64,000 nt of DNA, from positions 677 to 64,676 of the forward strand of contig CACOXX010000004.1 of assembly GCA_902631265.1 (NCBI GenBank), written 5' to 3'. Source of the stretch: an uncultured Pelagibacteraceae bacterium (GTDB taxonomy: Bacteria > Pseudomonadota > Alphaproteobacteria > Pelagibacterales > Pelagibacteraceae). Shown here one piece after another: positions 20,304 through 31,329 of this stretch. The notes under the pieces are model-generated. The model made no database searches. It was not told where the DNA came from and saw only the letters and a program-made list of their open reading frames with translations. The stretch's first letter is position 1. Each line of letters starts with the position of its first letter. Position numbers and translations under genes: made by a program.

Positions 20304-20876
20304 ATGAAAACAAATCTAGTCAAATTTTTTACTCTAGTAATTTTTACATCAGTTTTGCTAAATTCTTGTGGAATCTATAAAAGATCAGACATTAAGGACA
20401 ACCCTGTTAATGTTAATGAAAGAGTTAAAAGAAATATCCAAGAAGGTAGAGGGTTTCGATTTGGTAAGGGAGCGACACGAGGTGGAGATTTCGATTTTGC
20501 ATCTTCAAATCCACTGTGGAGAAGTGCTGTAGAAGTTTTAGATTTTGTACCATTGACTAACGCAAGTTACTCTGGAGGAATTATAATTACAGAATGGTTC
20601 TCATCAGAGAATAATACGGAAAGTACAAATAGAGAATTGAAAATAACAGTTCGTTTTGTTTCGAACGAAATTAGATCTGATGCATTAAAAGTTTTAATTT
20701 TTGAAAAAACCTGTATGCAAAGTAATTGTAAAACAAAAAAAATAAAATCAAAACTTGAAGGTGAAATAAAATTAGCTATTTTAAAAAAAGCAGCTTTATT
20801 TGAAAGAGATGATTTCCAAAAATTCAAAGAAACTGAGGGGAAAAAAAAGGCTAAGAAGTTAATTAAAAAAAGATAA
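20304..20876 (+). CDS. DUF3576-type lipoprotein
   Basis: Lipobox LNSC; NPLWRSAVEVLDFVPL...GGIIITEW; directly upstream of leuS. Confidence 0.8.
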   Translation: MKTNLVKFFTLVIFTSVLLNSCGIYKRSDIKDNPVNVNERVKRNIQEGRGFRFGKGATRGGDFDFASSNPLWRSAVEVLDFVPLTNASYSGGIIITEWFSSENNTESTNRELKITVRFVSNEIRSDALKVLIFEKTCMQSNCKTKKIKSKLEGEIKLAILKKAALFERDDFQKFKETEGKKKAKKLIKKR

Positions 20877-20886
20877 TTTTTCTTAA

Positions 20887-23424
20887 GTGGATAGATACAA
20901 TTTCAAATCAACCGAGGAAAAGTGGCAAAAGTTTTGGGAAAAAAACAAAACTTTCAAATCCAGCATAAATAAGGATAAAAAAAAATTTTATTGTTTAGAA
21001 ATGTTTCCATACCCGTCTGGAAAAATACATATGGGACATGTGAGAAATTACACCATTGGAGATGTCTTAGCGAGGTTTAAAAAATTACAAAATTTTAACG
21101 TACTTCATCCTATGGGATGGGACTCATTTGGCATGCCCGCGGAAAATGCGGCAAGAGAAAATAATTTAGATCCAAAAGAGTGGACCGAAAAAAATATATC
21201 AACTATGAAAACACAACTGAAAAGATTAGGTCTATCAATAGATTGGGATAGGGAAATATCTACTTGTTCACCCGATTACTATAAACATCAACAACTCTTT
21301 TTTTTAGAATTGTATGACAAAGGTTTAGTTTATCGAAAAGAAAATTATGTTAATTGGGATCCAGTGGACCAAACTGTACTTGCAAATGAACAAGTTATAG
21401 ACGGTAAGGGTTGGAGATCTGGCGCACAAGTAGAAAGAAAAAAATTAAATCAGTGGTTCTTTAATATTTCTAAATTTTCGGAACAGTTACTTGATGGATT
21501 AGATAATCTGTCAGAGTGGCCAAATAAAGTGAAAACTATGCAAAAAAACTGGATTGGAAAATCGTTTGGATGTGAGATTGATTTTAAAATTGAAGGAGAT
21601 CTTCCCGTAAAAAATATAAAATGTTTTACAACGCGACCTGATACATTATTTGGCTTTTCATTTCTAGCTTTGTCAGTTGACCATCCTTTGTCCAAATATT
21701 TTGAAAATGATTTAGAGTTTAAGAAATTTAAAAGTGAATGTTCAAAAACTGGCACAACTGAGGAGTCGATTGCTCAAGCTGAAAAAATTGGTTTTAAAAC
21801 AAATCTACTAGCTATTAATCCTATGGATTCAAAAATGAAAGTTCCCGTGTATTTTGCAAATTTCGTACTGATGGATTATGGTTTTGGAGCAGTTTTCGGA
21901 TGTCCTGCGCACGATCAGAGAGACTTTGATTTCGCAAAAAAATATCAATTAAATATAAGAACTGTTGTAAGACCGAAAGATAAGACGGATGATTTTCAAG
22001 TTAAAAATCAAGCTTTTGTTGAAGATGGCTTAATGATTAATTCATCCTTTTTAGATGGTCTTACAACCCCTGGTGAAGCGATTGAAAAAAGTATTGATTA
22101 CTTAACAAAAAATAAATTAGGGAAAAAAAAAATAAATTTTAGACTAAAGGATTGGGGCATTTCACGTCAAAGATATTGGGGATGTCCTATCCCAATTGCT
22201 TACGATAAAAATGGAAATATTGTAAAGGTTCCAAAAAAAATGCTACCTATTAAACTTCCAGAAAAAATAGAACTTAACACAAAGGGAAATCCTTTAGATC
22301 ACCAAAAAAAATGGAAAGAAATTCAAATTAATGGAGAAAATTGTACCCTAGACACTGATACGCTTGACACATTTGTTGACTCCTCTTGGTATTTTTTACG
22401 CTTTTGCTCACCAGAAAATAATCAATATGGTTTTAACGAGGATGAAGTAAAATACTGGATGCCTGTCGATCAATACATAGGTGGGGTAGAACATGCGATT
22501 TTACATTTATTATATTCTAGATTTTTTATGCAAGCTTTAAGTTTTGATAGACAGAGTTCTATTCCTACAGAACCTTTTAAAGGACTTTTTACTCAAGGAA
22601 TGGTTTGTCATGAAACGTATAAAGATGAAAATAATAGATGGTTTAGTCCTGATGAAGTTTATACAGAAAATGGAAAAGATTTTTTTAAAATAAAGGACAA
22701 AAAAAAAATTTTAGTTGGACCGTCTGAGTCAATGTCAAAATCAAAAAAAAATACTATCGATCCTGAAAAGATTATAAATCAATATGGCGCTGATGCAGTA
22801 AGATTTTTCATATTATCTGACAGTCCACCTGAAAAAGATGTGCAATGGTCTGATCAAGGTATGATAGCGGCTTATAAGTTTGTTCAAAAATTTTGGATAT
22901 TACATCAGAAAATTACAGAAGAAATTAAGAATAAAAAGAGGAAAAACGAAAATATTGATCTAACTATTTACACTAACAAATTAGTTGAAAAGTTCACATT
23001 CAGTCTCGAAAAATTTAATATGAATGTTTTAATAGCTTATCTTCATGAAACTTATAATTTTTTAAATAAAGAAATTGAAAAATTAGATATTAAAGATCTC
23101 AAAGAAAATTATTTAAAAATTTTAATTTTAATATTCCCAATTCTTCCCCATTTGGCCTCTGAATGCATTAAAGATATTCAAAAAAATCTAAATTTATCCT
23201 GGCCTACGACTCAAAAGGAATACCTGGAAGAAAAATTTGTTAATATAGTAATTCAAATTAATGGTAAAAAAAAATCTCTTATCAAAATAGAAAAGAATTT
23301 AGATGAGAAAATGCTTATAGAAAATGTAATGAAAGATAAAAAAATTTCGACTTTCCTAGAAAAGAAAAGTGTTTTTAAACATATAATTGTTAAGAATAAG
23401 CTGGTAAATTTAATTATAAAATGA
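20887..23424 (+). CDS. leuS: Leucine--tRNA ligase (GTG start)
   Basis: [13 protein letters not shown], editing domain FTTRPDT, SRQRYWG, MSKSK. Confidence 0.98.
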   Translation: MDRYNFKSTEEKWQKFWEKNKTFKSSINKDKKKFYCLEMFPYPSGKIHMGHVRNYTIGDVLARFKKLQNFNVLHPMGWDSFGMPAENAARENNLDPKEWTEKNISTMKTQLKRLGLSIDWDREISTCSPDYYKHQQLFFLELYDKGLVYRKENYVNWDPVDQTVLANEQVIDGKGWRSGAQVERKKLNQWFFNISKFSEQLLDGLDNLSEWPNKVKTMQKNWIGKSFGCEIDFKIEGDLPVKNIKCFTTRPDTLFGFSFLALSVDHPLSKYFENDLEFKKFKSECSKTGTTEESIAQAEKIGFKTNLLAINPMDSKMKVPVYFANFVLMDYGFGAVFGCPAHDQRDFDFAKKYQLNIRTVVRPKDKTDDFQVKNQAFVEDGLMINSSFLDGLTTPGEAIEKSIDYLTKNKLGKKKINFRLKDWGISRQRYWGCPIPIAYDKNGNIVKVPKKMLPIKLPEKIELNTKGNPLDHQKKWKEIQINGENCTLDTDTLDTFVDSSWYFLRFCSPENNQYGFNEDEVKYWMPVDQYIGGVEHAILHLLYSRFFMQALSFDRQSSIPTEPFKGLFTQGMVCHETYKDENNRWFSPDEVYTENGKDFFKIKDKKKILVGPSESMSKSKKNTIDPEKIINQYGADAVRFFILSDSPPEKDVQWSDQGMIAAYKFVQKFWILHQKITEEIKNKKRKNENIDLTIYTNKLVEKFTFSLEKFNMNVLIAYLHETYNFLNKEIEKLDIKDLKENYLKILILIFPILPHLASECIKDIQKNLNLSWPTTQKEYLEEKFVNIVIQINGKKKSLIKIEKNLDEKMLIENVMKDKKISTFLEKKSVFKHIIVKNKLVNLIIK

Positions 23425-23879
23425 AATCTTTAATATCAATAATTGTGTTGTCTATAATTTTAACCAACTGTGGCTTTAAACCAATTTATAGTTCAAAATC
23501 AAGTAATTTTGAAATAATAGAAATTACAAATAATAATGAAAATAAAAATTCATTTACAATTGAAAAAATTGTTATGTCTCTTTCAAATAAGGATGCATCA
23601 AAAAAAGTAAAGCTTGAATTAGATTACAAACATTCGATAACAACAATTCTTAAGGATAGTAAAGGTGATCCATCAAAAAAGAAATTAATTATTAGTGTAA
23701 ATTTAAAAGTTAGAAATGAAATAGACAACATTTTGGCAAACAAAAGTTTTATAGAAGAGTTCAGTTATAATGTACAAAGTGATAAGTTTAGTATGTCTCA
23801 ATACGAAGATAGCATAACTACAAATCTAAATAATAAAATTTCAAATGATATTATTTTCTTACTAGGGACAATAAAATGA
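23421..23879 (+). CDS. lptE: LptE-like LPS assembly lipoprotein
   Basis: Lipobox [10 protein letters not shown]; lies between leuS and holA. Confidence 0.75.
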   Translation: MKSLISIIVLSIILTNCGFKPIYSSKSSNFEIIEITNNNENKNSFTIEKIVMSLSNKDASKKVKLELDYKHSITTILKDSKGDPSKKKLIISVNLKVRNEIDNILANKSFIEEFSYNVQSDKFSMSQYEDSITTNLNNKISNDIIFLLGTIK

Positions 23880-24862
23880 TAATAAAAACTTTTGAAATCA
23901 ATAAGAGAAAATTTGATAACCAAAATTTTTTTTTAATTTATGGTGAAAATGAAGGTCTAAAAAATGAGGTCATTCAAAATCTTAAAAAAAATTTAAAAGG
24001 GAGTGTCCAAAACTTTGACGAAACTCAGGTTGTTAATAACAAAGAAATGTTTTACGAAAAAATATTTAATCAATCTCTTTTTGAAAATGAAAAGATAATA
24101 ATTATAAGTAGATGCTCTGAAAAATTTTACGAGATTATTGAAGAAGTTATAGATAAAAAAATTTCCGATATTAAGATAATATTAAATGCAAGCATTTTAG
24201 ATAAAAAATCTAAATTAAGAAACTTGTTTGAAAAAAATAAAGAATTAATAATTGTTCCAACTTATAAAGATACATCCCTTACCTTAGTGGAAATAGCAAA
24301 AAGATTTTTTTATAATCACAAAATAAGTATTTCTCAAGAAGCTATAAATTTGTTGGCTAATCGATGTAATGGAGATAGAGGTCATCTTAAGTCTGAGTTA
24401 GATAAGATTTTTATTTATATACAGGATAAAAAAACTATTAATTTAGAGGAGATTTATAAATTAACTAATCTCGCTGAAAATTTTAGCATAAATGAGCTAG
24501 TTGATAACTCTTTGTCAAAAAACTCACAAAAAACGTCAGAAATTATAAATGAAAGTAATTATAAATCTGAAGATGGAATATTAATTTTAAGAACATTTCT
24601 TCAGAAAGCAAAAAGATTACTCAACCTATACAAAATCAAAGACAAGAATATAAGTTACGATAATTTAATTAATAATCATAAGCCTCCAATATTTTGGAAG
24701 GATAAACCAATTATAAAAAAACAACTTGAGATCTGGTCAAAAATAAAGATTGAGGATTTGATTGTAAATATAAATAAAACAGAAATTTTCTTAAAAAAAA
24801 ATAGTTCTATTAGTTTGATGCTAATTTTTAATTTTATTTACGAAACTTCTAGGAAAAATTAA
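23876..24862 (+). CDS. holA: DNA polymerase III delta subunit
   Basis: LIYGENEGL, SLF, KKSKLR, SELDKI, PPIFWK. Confidence 0.9.
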   Translation: MIIKTFEINKRKFDNQNFFLIYGENEGLKNEVIQNLKKNLKGSVQNFDETQVVNNKEMFYEKIFNQSLFENEKIIIISRCSEKFYEIIEEVIDKKISDIKIILNASILDKKSKLRNLFEKNKELIIVPTYKDTSLTLVEIAKRFFYNHKISISQEAINLLANRCNGDRGHLKSELDKIFIYIQDKKTINLEEIYKLTNLAENFSINELVDNSLSKNSQKTSEIINESNYKSEDGILILRTFLQKAKRLLNLYKIKDKNISYDNLINNHKPPIFWKDKPIIKKQLEIWSKIKIEDLIVNINKTEIFLKKNSSISLMLIFNFIYETSRKN

Positions 24863-25704
24863 TAGTATTTTTTAACAATTTCTATCAAGTGATTTAACTG
24901 ATTTAAATCTTTATAATCAAATGTTACAGACCCTCTATTATTTCTCTTGTTTGTTATTAAAGTTTTAAGTCCTATTTTTTCCATTGTATCGTTCTCAAGT
25001 TTTCTAATATTTGGATCCTTAAAATTTTTAATTACCTTGCTTGGAGATTTATAAAGTCTAACAAGATTCTCTGTTTGTCTTACAGATAAATTTTTTTTTA
25101 CAATTTTTTTTGCAATTTGATCTGAATTACTAAGGCCAACAAGGATTTTAGCATGTCCTGGTGTAATTTTGCCTGTTTTAATCAGATCAGTTACATAGTT
25201 TGAAAGAGATAATAATCTTAAACTATTAGTAATGTGACTTCTACTTTTACCTATAAATTTAGCAACTTGTTCTTGGTCATAGCTAAACTCATCGATCAAC
25301 CTTTTATAACCTTCTGCCTCCTCTATTGAATTTAAGTCATGTCTTTGAACATTTTCAACAATACCAAATTCAAGAGCCTTTTTATCGTCAGCATCAACAA
25401 CAACTACTGGCACGTCATGCAAACCTGCTCTTTGAGCTGCTAACCATCTTCTCTCTCCCGCAATTATCTCATATTTATTTCCACTTGAAGGCCTTGCAAT
25501 AATTGGCTGAATGATACCTCTAGACTTAATTGAATTAGTTAACTCCTCCAGGCTTTCCTCATCAAATGTTTTTCTAGGTTGATATTTATTTCTAATTAAA
25601 TCACTAACTGAAATTTTATTGTTTTTTGAGACTGTTTTTGTATCTCCTATAAGAGATGACAATCCTCTTCCTAAACCTTTTTTATTTTTAAAAATACCGC
25701 TCAT
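24859..25704 (-). CDS. parB: Chromosome partitioning protein ParB
   Basis: GLGRGLSSL, QPRK, IAGERRWLAA, ENVQRHDL, HTH. Confidence 0.98.
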   Translation of the reverse strand: MSGIFKNKKGLGRGLSSLIGDTKTVSKNNKISVSDLIRNKYQPRKTFDEESLEELTNSIKSRGIIQPIIARPSSGNKYEIIAGERRWLAAQRAGLHDVPVVVVDADDKKALEFGIVENVQRHDLNSIEEAEGYKRLIDEFSYDQEQVAKFIGKSRSHITNSLRLLSLSNYVTDLIKTGKITPGHAKILVGLSNSDQIAKKIVKKNLSVRQTENLVRLYKSPSKVIKNFKDPNIRKLENDTMEKIGLKTLITNKRNNRGSVTFDYKDLNQLNHLIEIVKKYY

Positions 25705-26501
25705 GCTGCTGTTACGAAACTCGACTCTTGAGCTAAAAACTCCTCTGTGAATTTAATATAAGATTTACTTCCTGGACATTGTTTATCATAAATTAAAACA
25801 GGAACCCCATGTGAAGGTGCTTCTGATAATCGGACATTTCTAGGAACCACTGTTTGATAGACTTTTTCTTTAAAATAATCTCTTGCATCTGCTTCAACTT
25901 GAGCAGATAGTCTGTTTCTTTTGTCATACATCGTTAACAAAATTCCTCTTACAAATAAATTTGGATTAAGACCGACCTTAATACGATCTATAGTTTTAAT
26001 AAGCTGAGTTATCCCTTCAAGGGCAAAAAATTCAGTCTGTAAAGGCACAACTAATGAGTCTGATGCCACCAAAGCCATCACGGTTAATAAACTCAAAGAT
26101 GGCGGGCAGTCAATCAACACGTAGTCGTATGAGTGTCTAGAATTATTTAAATATGCGGTTAATTTAGCCTTTAAAAGATATGCTCTATTTTCATCATCTG
26201 CGGTTTCAACCTCCAAACCAGATAAATCAACATTTGATGTTACGATATCTAAATTTTGAAAGTTAGTCTTTTGAATTGAACTTTCAATCTCCTCTTTTCC
26301 ATTCAAGACTCCGTAAATTGATTTGCGTGTATCTGCTACATTTGACAAACCTAATCCTGTTGTTGCATTTCCTTGTGGGTCCAAATCTATAACTAGTATT
26401 TTTTTCCCATTTAAACTAAGTCCTGCAGCTAAATTGATTACAGTTGTCGTTTTTCCAACACCACCCTTTTGATTGATGACTGAAATAATTTTCTCTTTCA
26501 T
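25701..26501 (-). CDS. parA: Chromosome partitioning ATPase ParA
   Basis: NQKGGVGKTTT, DLDPQGN, IDCPPSL, RNVRLSEAPSHG. Confidence 0.98.
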   Translation of the reverse strand: MKEKIISVINQKGGVGKTTTVINLAAGLSLNGKKILVIDLDPQGNATTGLGLSNVADTRKSIYGVLNGKEEIESSIQKTNFQNLDIVTSNVDLSGLEVETADDENRAYLLKAKLTAYLNNSRHSYDYVLIDCPPSLSLLTVMALVASDSLVVPLQTEFFALEGITQLIKTIDRIKVGLNPNLFVRGILLTMYDKRNRLSAQVEADARDYFKEKVYQTVVPRNVRLSEAPSHGVPVLIYDKQCPGSKSYIKFTEEFLAQESSFVTAA

Positions 26502-27136
26502 TATTTTTTACTCACTTTATTTATTTTAATTATGATTGAATCTTTTTCTGTTACACTTTTTTTTTCTATAAATTCTAGATTCCACTTTTTTAAACTTTGC
26601 TCAATAGAACTCTTTCCACTTTTTCCTAAAAACAAAATGATGTCTTTAAAATAATCGAAGTTTTTCGTTACTAAATCTAAAATAACTGGCAAAGGTTTAA
26701 ATGCCCTTGCTACAATCAAATCAGAGTTTAATTTCTTTTGATCAAAAATATTTTTATTTATTACTTCAGCGTTGAGTTCGAATTTATTAATAACTTTTTC
26801 CAAAAAATTGCTTTTTTTAAAACTTTTTTCATAAAGAAAAAATTTCATCTTCGATTTTTGTTTTTTTTTGATTATAGCTATAACTAAACCAGGTAAACCT
26901 GAGCCCGAACCTAGATCAGTACAAGATAGGTGATTTTCATCAATTAAATCAATAATTTGAGCACAGTCAATTATATGTCTATCTCTGGCTAATTCCTCAG
27001 TATGTTGGCTAATTAAATTAATTTTTTTGTTCTCATCCAAAATCATTCCTTTAAATTCATCTAATTCAAGAAATGTTTCACGTGAAACATTCAAAGTGTC
27101 TAGTTTTGAGTAATCAATTTTATGCGAATCTATCAA
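26501..27136 (-). CDS. rsmG: 16S rRNA G527 methyltransferase
   Basis: [25 protein letters not shown]; lies between mnmG and parA. Confidence 0.93.
   Translation of the reverse strand: MIDSHKIDYSKLDTLNVSRETFLELDEFKGMILDENKKINLISQHTEELARDRHIIDCAQIIDLIDENHLSCTDLGSGSGLPGLVIAIIKKKQKSKMKFFLYEKSFKKSNFLEKVINKFELNAEVINKNIFDQKKLNSDLIVARAFKPLPVILDLVTKNFDYFKDIILFLGKSGKSSIEQSLKKWNLEFIEKKSVTEKDSIIIKINKVSKK
27074..27089. promoter_or_regulatory. parS centromere site
   Basis: Perfect TGTTTCACGTGAAACA palindrome (extends to 20 bp, 27072-27091), about 0.6 kb from parA. Confidence 0.93.
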
Positions 27137-29004
27137 GCTATCTTCTTAATAGACTTTCTTTTAAGATGTGACAACAGAATAAATACTGCCGCTGGGGTTA
27201 TACCGTCAATTCTGAGTGCTTGACCCATTGTTTTTGGCTTAATTTGCTTGAATTTTGACTTAACCTCGTTTGAAAACCCAGAAAAACTATCATAATTAAT
27301 GTTATCTGGTATTTTGAGATTTTCATCTCTTTTAAAGGCTAATATATCAGCACTTTGCTTCTTTAAATAACCCTTATAATGGGCATTAGTCTCCAACTGC
27401 TCATCTATTTCCTTTGATATAAAGCTTAATTCAGGCCAAATCTCCCTAATCTTGTCCATAGTCACTCCTTTTTGAGCCAATATGATGCTAGCAGTCCTTA
27501 AAATACCATCTTTTGCTATTTTTACCCCAAATTTAGATACCTTTGAGGGTGAGATTTTTAATTTATCCATTTTGTTAGAAATATTCCTTAAATTTTTACT
27601 TTTTAAATTAAAAATTTCAGCTCTTTCTTTTGAAACTAGGCCAATATTTATTCCTATTTCAGTTAATCTTAAATCAGCATTGTCAGATCTAAGAGTTAAT
27701 CTGTACTCCGCTCTTGAAGTGAACATCCTATAAGGTTCAGCAACCCCTTTGGTCACTAAGTCATCTATCATGACACCGATATAAGCTTGAGATCTATCTA
27801 AAATTAATGGTTCTTTATTTTGAATCGACAACGCTGCATTAGCCCCGGCAATCAATCCTTGTGCTGCAGCTTCTTCATAACCTGTTGTTCCATTTATTTG
27901 TCCTGCTAAAAAGAAATTTTTGATCTTCTTAGTCTCTAGGGTTGAGAAAAGCTCTCTAGGGTCGACATAATCATATTCTATTGCATATCCAGGCCTTATA
28001 ATTTTAACATCTTCTAAACCATTGATATTATGACATATTTTGTACTGAATCTCTTCTGGAAGAGAAGTAGAAATACCATTTGGATACACTGTATTATCCT
28101 TAAGGCCTTCAGGTTCTAAAAAGATCTGATGTCTAGTTTTATCTTTAAATTTATAAATTTTATCTTCAATAGATGGACAGTATCTAGGACCAACACCTTG
28201 AATACTTCCAGAATACATTGCACTCTTTTTTAAATTTTCAGAAATAATCTCGTGAACTTTTTTATTTGTATAAGTCATACTACATGAAATTTGATCGTTA
28301 TAAACTTTCTTAGTTAAGAAAGAAAAAAAAGAAATATTTTTATCTGCATCTTGCCGTTCAAGATTATCATAATTGATTGTTGTACCATCTAACCTTGGAG
28401 GAGTTCCGGTCTTTAGTCTACCTAATTTAAAATTATATTTTCTTAATTGATCTGATAAACCTAACGTTGGTTTTTCATCATACCTACCAGCTGGCGTTTT
28501 TTTATCACCTATATGTATCAAACCATTTAAAAAAGTGCCCGTGGTCAGAATTACCTTAGAACATTTGATTTCAGTACCATCTACTGCCTTTAGACCTTTT
28601 ATCTCATTATTTTCAATTATAAATTTATTTATCGATATCGAAAATATGCTTAGATTACAGTAGTTTAGCAGTTTTGACTGCATTTCTTTTTTATAAATAG
28701 ACCTATCGCTTTGAGTTCGTAGTCCTTGCACTGCTGGTCCTCTGCTTCTATTTAGTAATCTAAATTGAATGCCAGACTTATCAGCTATATCTCCCATGAC
28801 ACCATCTAAAGCATCTATTTCTCGTACTAAATGCCCTTTACCTAACCCACCAATTGCAGGATTGCATGACATCTCACCAATAGTTTTAGTGTCGTTTGTA
28901 AATAATGCAGTTTTAACACCCATACGAGCAGATGCAGCAGCAGCTTCGCAACCAGCGTGACCACCACCAATAACAACGACATCAAATGAAAAATTATTTT
29001 TCAT
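27133..29004 (-). CDS. mnmG: tRNA U34 modification enzyme MnmG (GidA)
   Basis: [45 protein letters not shown]. Confidence 0.99.
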   Translation of the reverse strand: MKNNFSFDVVVIGGGHAGCEAAAASARMGVKTALFTNDTKTIGEMSCNPAIGGLGKGHLVREIDALDGVMGDIADKSGIQFRLLNRSRGPAVQGLRTQSDRSIYKKEMQSKLLNYCNLSIFSISINKFIIENNEIKGLKAVDGTEIKCSKVILTTGTFLNGLIHIGDKKTPAGRYDEKPTLGLSDQLRKYNFKLGRLKTGTPPRLDGTTINYDNLERQDADKNISFFSFLTKKVYNDQISCSMTYTNKKVHEIISENLKKSAMYSGSIQGVGPRYCPSIEDKIYKFKDKTRHQIFLEPEGLKDNTVYPNGISTSLPEEIQYKICHNINGLEDVKIIRPGYAIEYDYVDPRELFSTLETKKIKNFFLAGQINGTTGYEEAAAQGLIAGANAALSIQNKEPLILDRSQAYIGVMIDDLVTKGVAEPYRMFTSRAEYRLTLRSDNADLRLTEIGINIGLVSKERAEIFNLKSKNLRNISNKMDKLKISPSKVSKFGVKIAKDGILRTASIILAQKGVTMDKIREIWPELSFISKEIDEQLETNAHYKGYLKKQSADILAFKRDENLKIPDNINYDSFSGFSNEVKSKFKQIKPKTMGQALRIDGITPAAVFILLSHLKRKSIKKIA

Positions 29005-29120
29005 ACCTAGAATTTATAATCGATAACGAATTTTACAAGTTTTTACAAAAAAACATTAAAAAGCTGGCTAATACCAACGATTTAGTTAAAAAAGAGGCTA
29101 AAAATACAGCAAAATTGAAT

Positions 29121-30452
29121 TTATTTGCCAATACAAAAATCATTGAAAATGTTGCCTAATATAGCCTCTACATCAACTTTTCCAACAATTTTGCCCAAAC
29201 TGACTTGTGCGAGCCTAAGATCTTCTGCACCTTTGTCAAAATCTAAAGTCTCAGTTTTGTCTTTAAAGTTTTGTAAATTTATTAAGCACTCTTTTAAATT
29301 ATTTTTATGTCTCTCTCTAGTTACAAAAATATCGTCATTAAACTTCATATCTCTAATTAAATTTTTTTTAATTCGGTCTAATAATTCATCTATATTTTTT
29401 TCTTTGAGAAAGGATACTGAAATTGGATCATACTTATTAAGTCTATCTTTCACATCGAATTTATTAAGGTCAGATTTATTAATAACTAAAATAGTGTTCT
29501 TGTTAAATAGATCGTTTAAAAAGCCATAAAAATCAATGTTTTTAGGCTCAATAACGACTATTCTAAGGTCCGCTTCTTCAGCTTTTTTGAAAGCAAGTTT
29601 AATACCTTCTTTCTCAATTACATCCTTTGATTCTCTTATGCCTGCTGTGTCTGAAATTATAACAGGATAACCATAAAAATTTAGATTTGTTTGCAACACA
29701 TCTCTAGTAGTTCCTGCAACATCAGATACTATTGCAACGTTTCTTTTACTCAGATAATTCATTAAGGTTGATTTACCAGAGTTGGGAGGTCCAACTATTG
29801 CAATTTTATAACCTGTTCTTATTCTTTCTCCAATTTCATAACTATTTAATATTTTTTTTATTTCGTTTTCAATAATTGAAACATCTTTTTTAACATTATC
29901 GAGGATATGAGACGGTAGATCTTCCTCAGGAAAATCAATTTTAGCCTCAATTTTTGACAAAACTTTAATTAATTTCTCTCTGAGATCATTAAATTTTAAA
30001 AAAGATTTACCTTTTATAATATTTTGTGCTTGTTCCATTTGAATTTCAGTTTCTGCTGCTATTAAATCGCCTATTGCTTCTGCTTGTAACAAATTTATCT
30101 TTCCATTTAGAAATGCTAGCTTAGTAAATTCCCCTGGCTCTGCCATTCTGCACTTTTTGGTACTCAATAGCGTTTCTTGTAATTCTTTGACTACTGCTTT
30201 ACTTCCATGGACATGTAATTCTGCCATATCCTCGCCTGTATAACTTTTTGGACCAGGAAACCATAAAACAATGCCTTGATCGATTGGTCTATTATTGTTG
30301 ATATTGTTTAATTCTAAAAGGGTAGCCTCTCTAGGCTTGGGTAGTGCCTTATTTGAAAGAGTTTTTATCAAAAAACTCGTTTCAGGACCTGAAATTCTGA
30401 TAATAGCTACACCCGAAGCTCCTACTCCAGTAGATAAGGCACAAATTGTCAT
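29121..30452 (-). CDS. mnmE: tRNA modification GTPase MnmE (start at 30452 or 30458)
   Basis: SYTGED, GPPNSGKS, GTTRD, DTAG, NKSD, FCIGK. Confidence 0.98.
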   Translation of the reverse strand: MTICALSTGVGASGVAIIRISGPETSFLIKTLSNKALPKPREATLLELNNINNNRPIDQGIVLWFPGPKSYTGEDMAELHVHGSKAVVKELQETLLSTKKCRMAEPGEFTKLAFLNGKINLLQAEAIGDLIAAETEIQMEQAQNIIKGKSFLKFNDLREKLIKVLSKIEAKIDFPEEDLPSHILDNVKKDVSIIENEIKKILNSYEIGERIRTGYKIAIVGPPNSGKSTLMNYLSKRNVAIVSDVAGTTRDVLQTNLNFYGYPVIISDTAGIRESKDVIEKEGIKLAFKKAEEADLRIVVIEPKNIDFYGFLNDLFNKNTILVINKSDLNKFDVKDRLNKYDPISVSFLKEKNIDELLDRIKKNLIRDMKFNDDIFVTRERHKNNLKECLINLQNFKDKTETLDFDKGAEDLRLAQVSLGKIVGKVDVEAILGNIFNDFCIGK

Positions 30453-30501
30453 AAACATATTATATATTGAATTTTATATAAGGATATCATTAAAATATAT
30501 T

Positions 30502-31329
30502 ATGATTATTTGGTTAGCTTCATATCCAAAGAGCGGGAACACTTGGTTACGTATGTTTTTAAAAAGTTACTTCCAAAAACCAGATGGCAAATTTGAGTTA
30601 AATATGAGATTTGATGATGATTTTAAATCAGGTGGTTTTCCAGATTTAAAAATACTTAAACATCTAAAAATTGACTTCAAAAGATTTAATGAAATTGCAA
30701 AAAATTGGGAAATAATGCAAGATTATATAAATTTAAACAATAGAACAAATTTTCTTAAAACACACAATTCAATGTGCACTATAGGACCTTATAAATTTAC
30801 GACTCATAAAAACACAAAAGGAGGAATTTATCTAGTAAGAGATCCGAGAGATGTTTTAATATCTTTTTCAAATCATCTAGGAAAAAATTATGAAGCTACT
30901 TTTAAGTTAATGTCATCGTCTGACGGTCATGAGGAAGATGAGGAAGAAAATTACGAAAAATCTCTTTTAGGTTCTTGGTCTGATCACTATAATTCATGGA
31001 AAAGTTACAAATCTTCTAAAATCTTAATAATCAAATATGAGGATATGGTTTTACAAAACTACGACACCTTTAAAAAAATTATAAATTATTTAAATGAGAT
31101 CGACAATACAGAAGTAAGTGAGGAAAAACTAAATTTAGCTTTAAAACAAACAGATTTTGAAGAACTTCAAGGATTGGAAAAGAAACATGGATTTCGAGAA
31201 AAACTCAAGGGTAAACTTTTTTTTAGAAAGGGTAAGACTGGTACATGGAAAGAGGAATTGCCAAGAGATTTAATTAACAAAATTGAAAACCTTTTTCATA
31301 AAGAAATGATTGAATTAGGTTATTTATAG
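30502..31329 (+). CDS. PAPS-dependent sulfotransferase (Sulfotransfer_1 type; start moved to ATG 30502)
   Basis: 5'PSB motif LASYPKSGNTW, KTH, 3'PB motif LVRDPRDVLIS, YEDM, FFRKGKTGTW. Confidence 0.92.
   Translation: MIIWLASYPKSGNTWLRMFLKSYFQKPDGKFELNMRFDDDFKSGGFPDLKILKHLKIDFKRFNEIAKNWEIMQDYINLNNRTNFLKTHNSMCTIGPYKFTTHKNTKGGIYLVRDPRDVLISFSNHLGKNYEATFKLMSSSDGHEEDEEENYEKSLLGSWSDHYNSWKSYKSSKILIIKYEDMVLQNYDTFKKIINYLNEIDNTEVSEEKLNLALKQTDFEELQGLEKKHGFREKLKGKLFFRKGKTGTWKEELPRDLINKIENLFHKEMIELGYL

Noticed and set aside
30295-30501. 69-aa N-terminal extension of the sulfotransferase
   Set aside because: Overlaps mnmE antisense. The family motif starts at MIIWLASYPKSG (30502).
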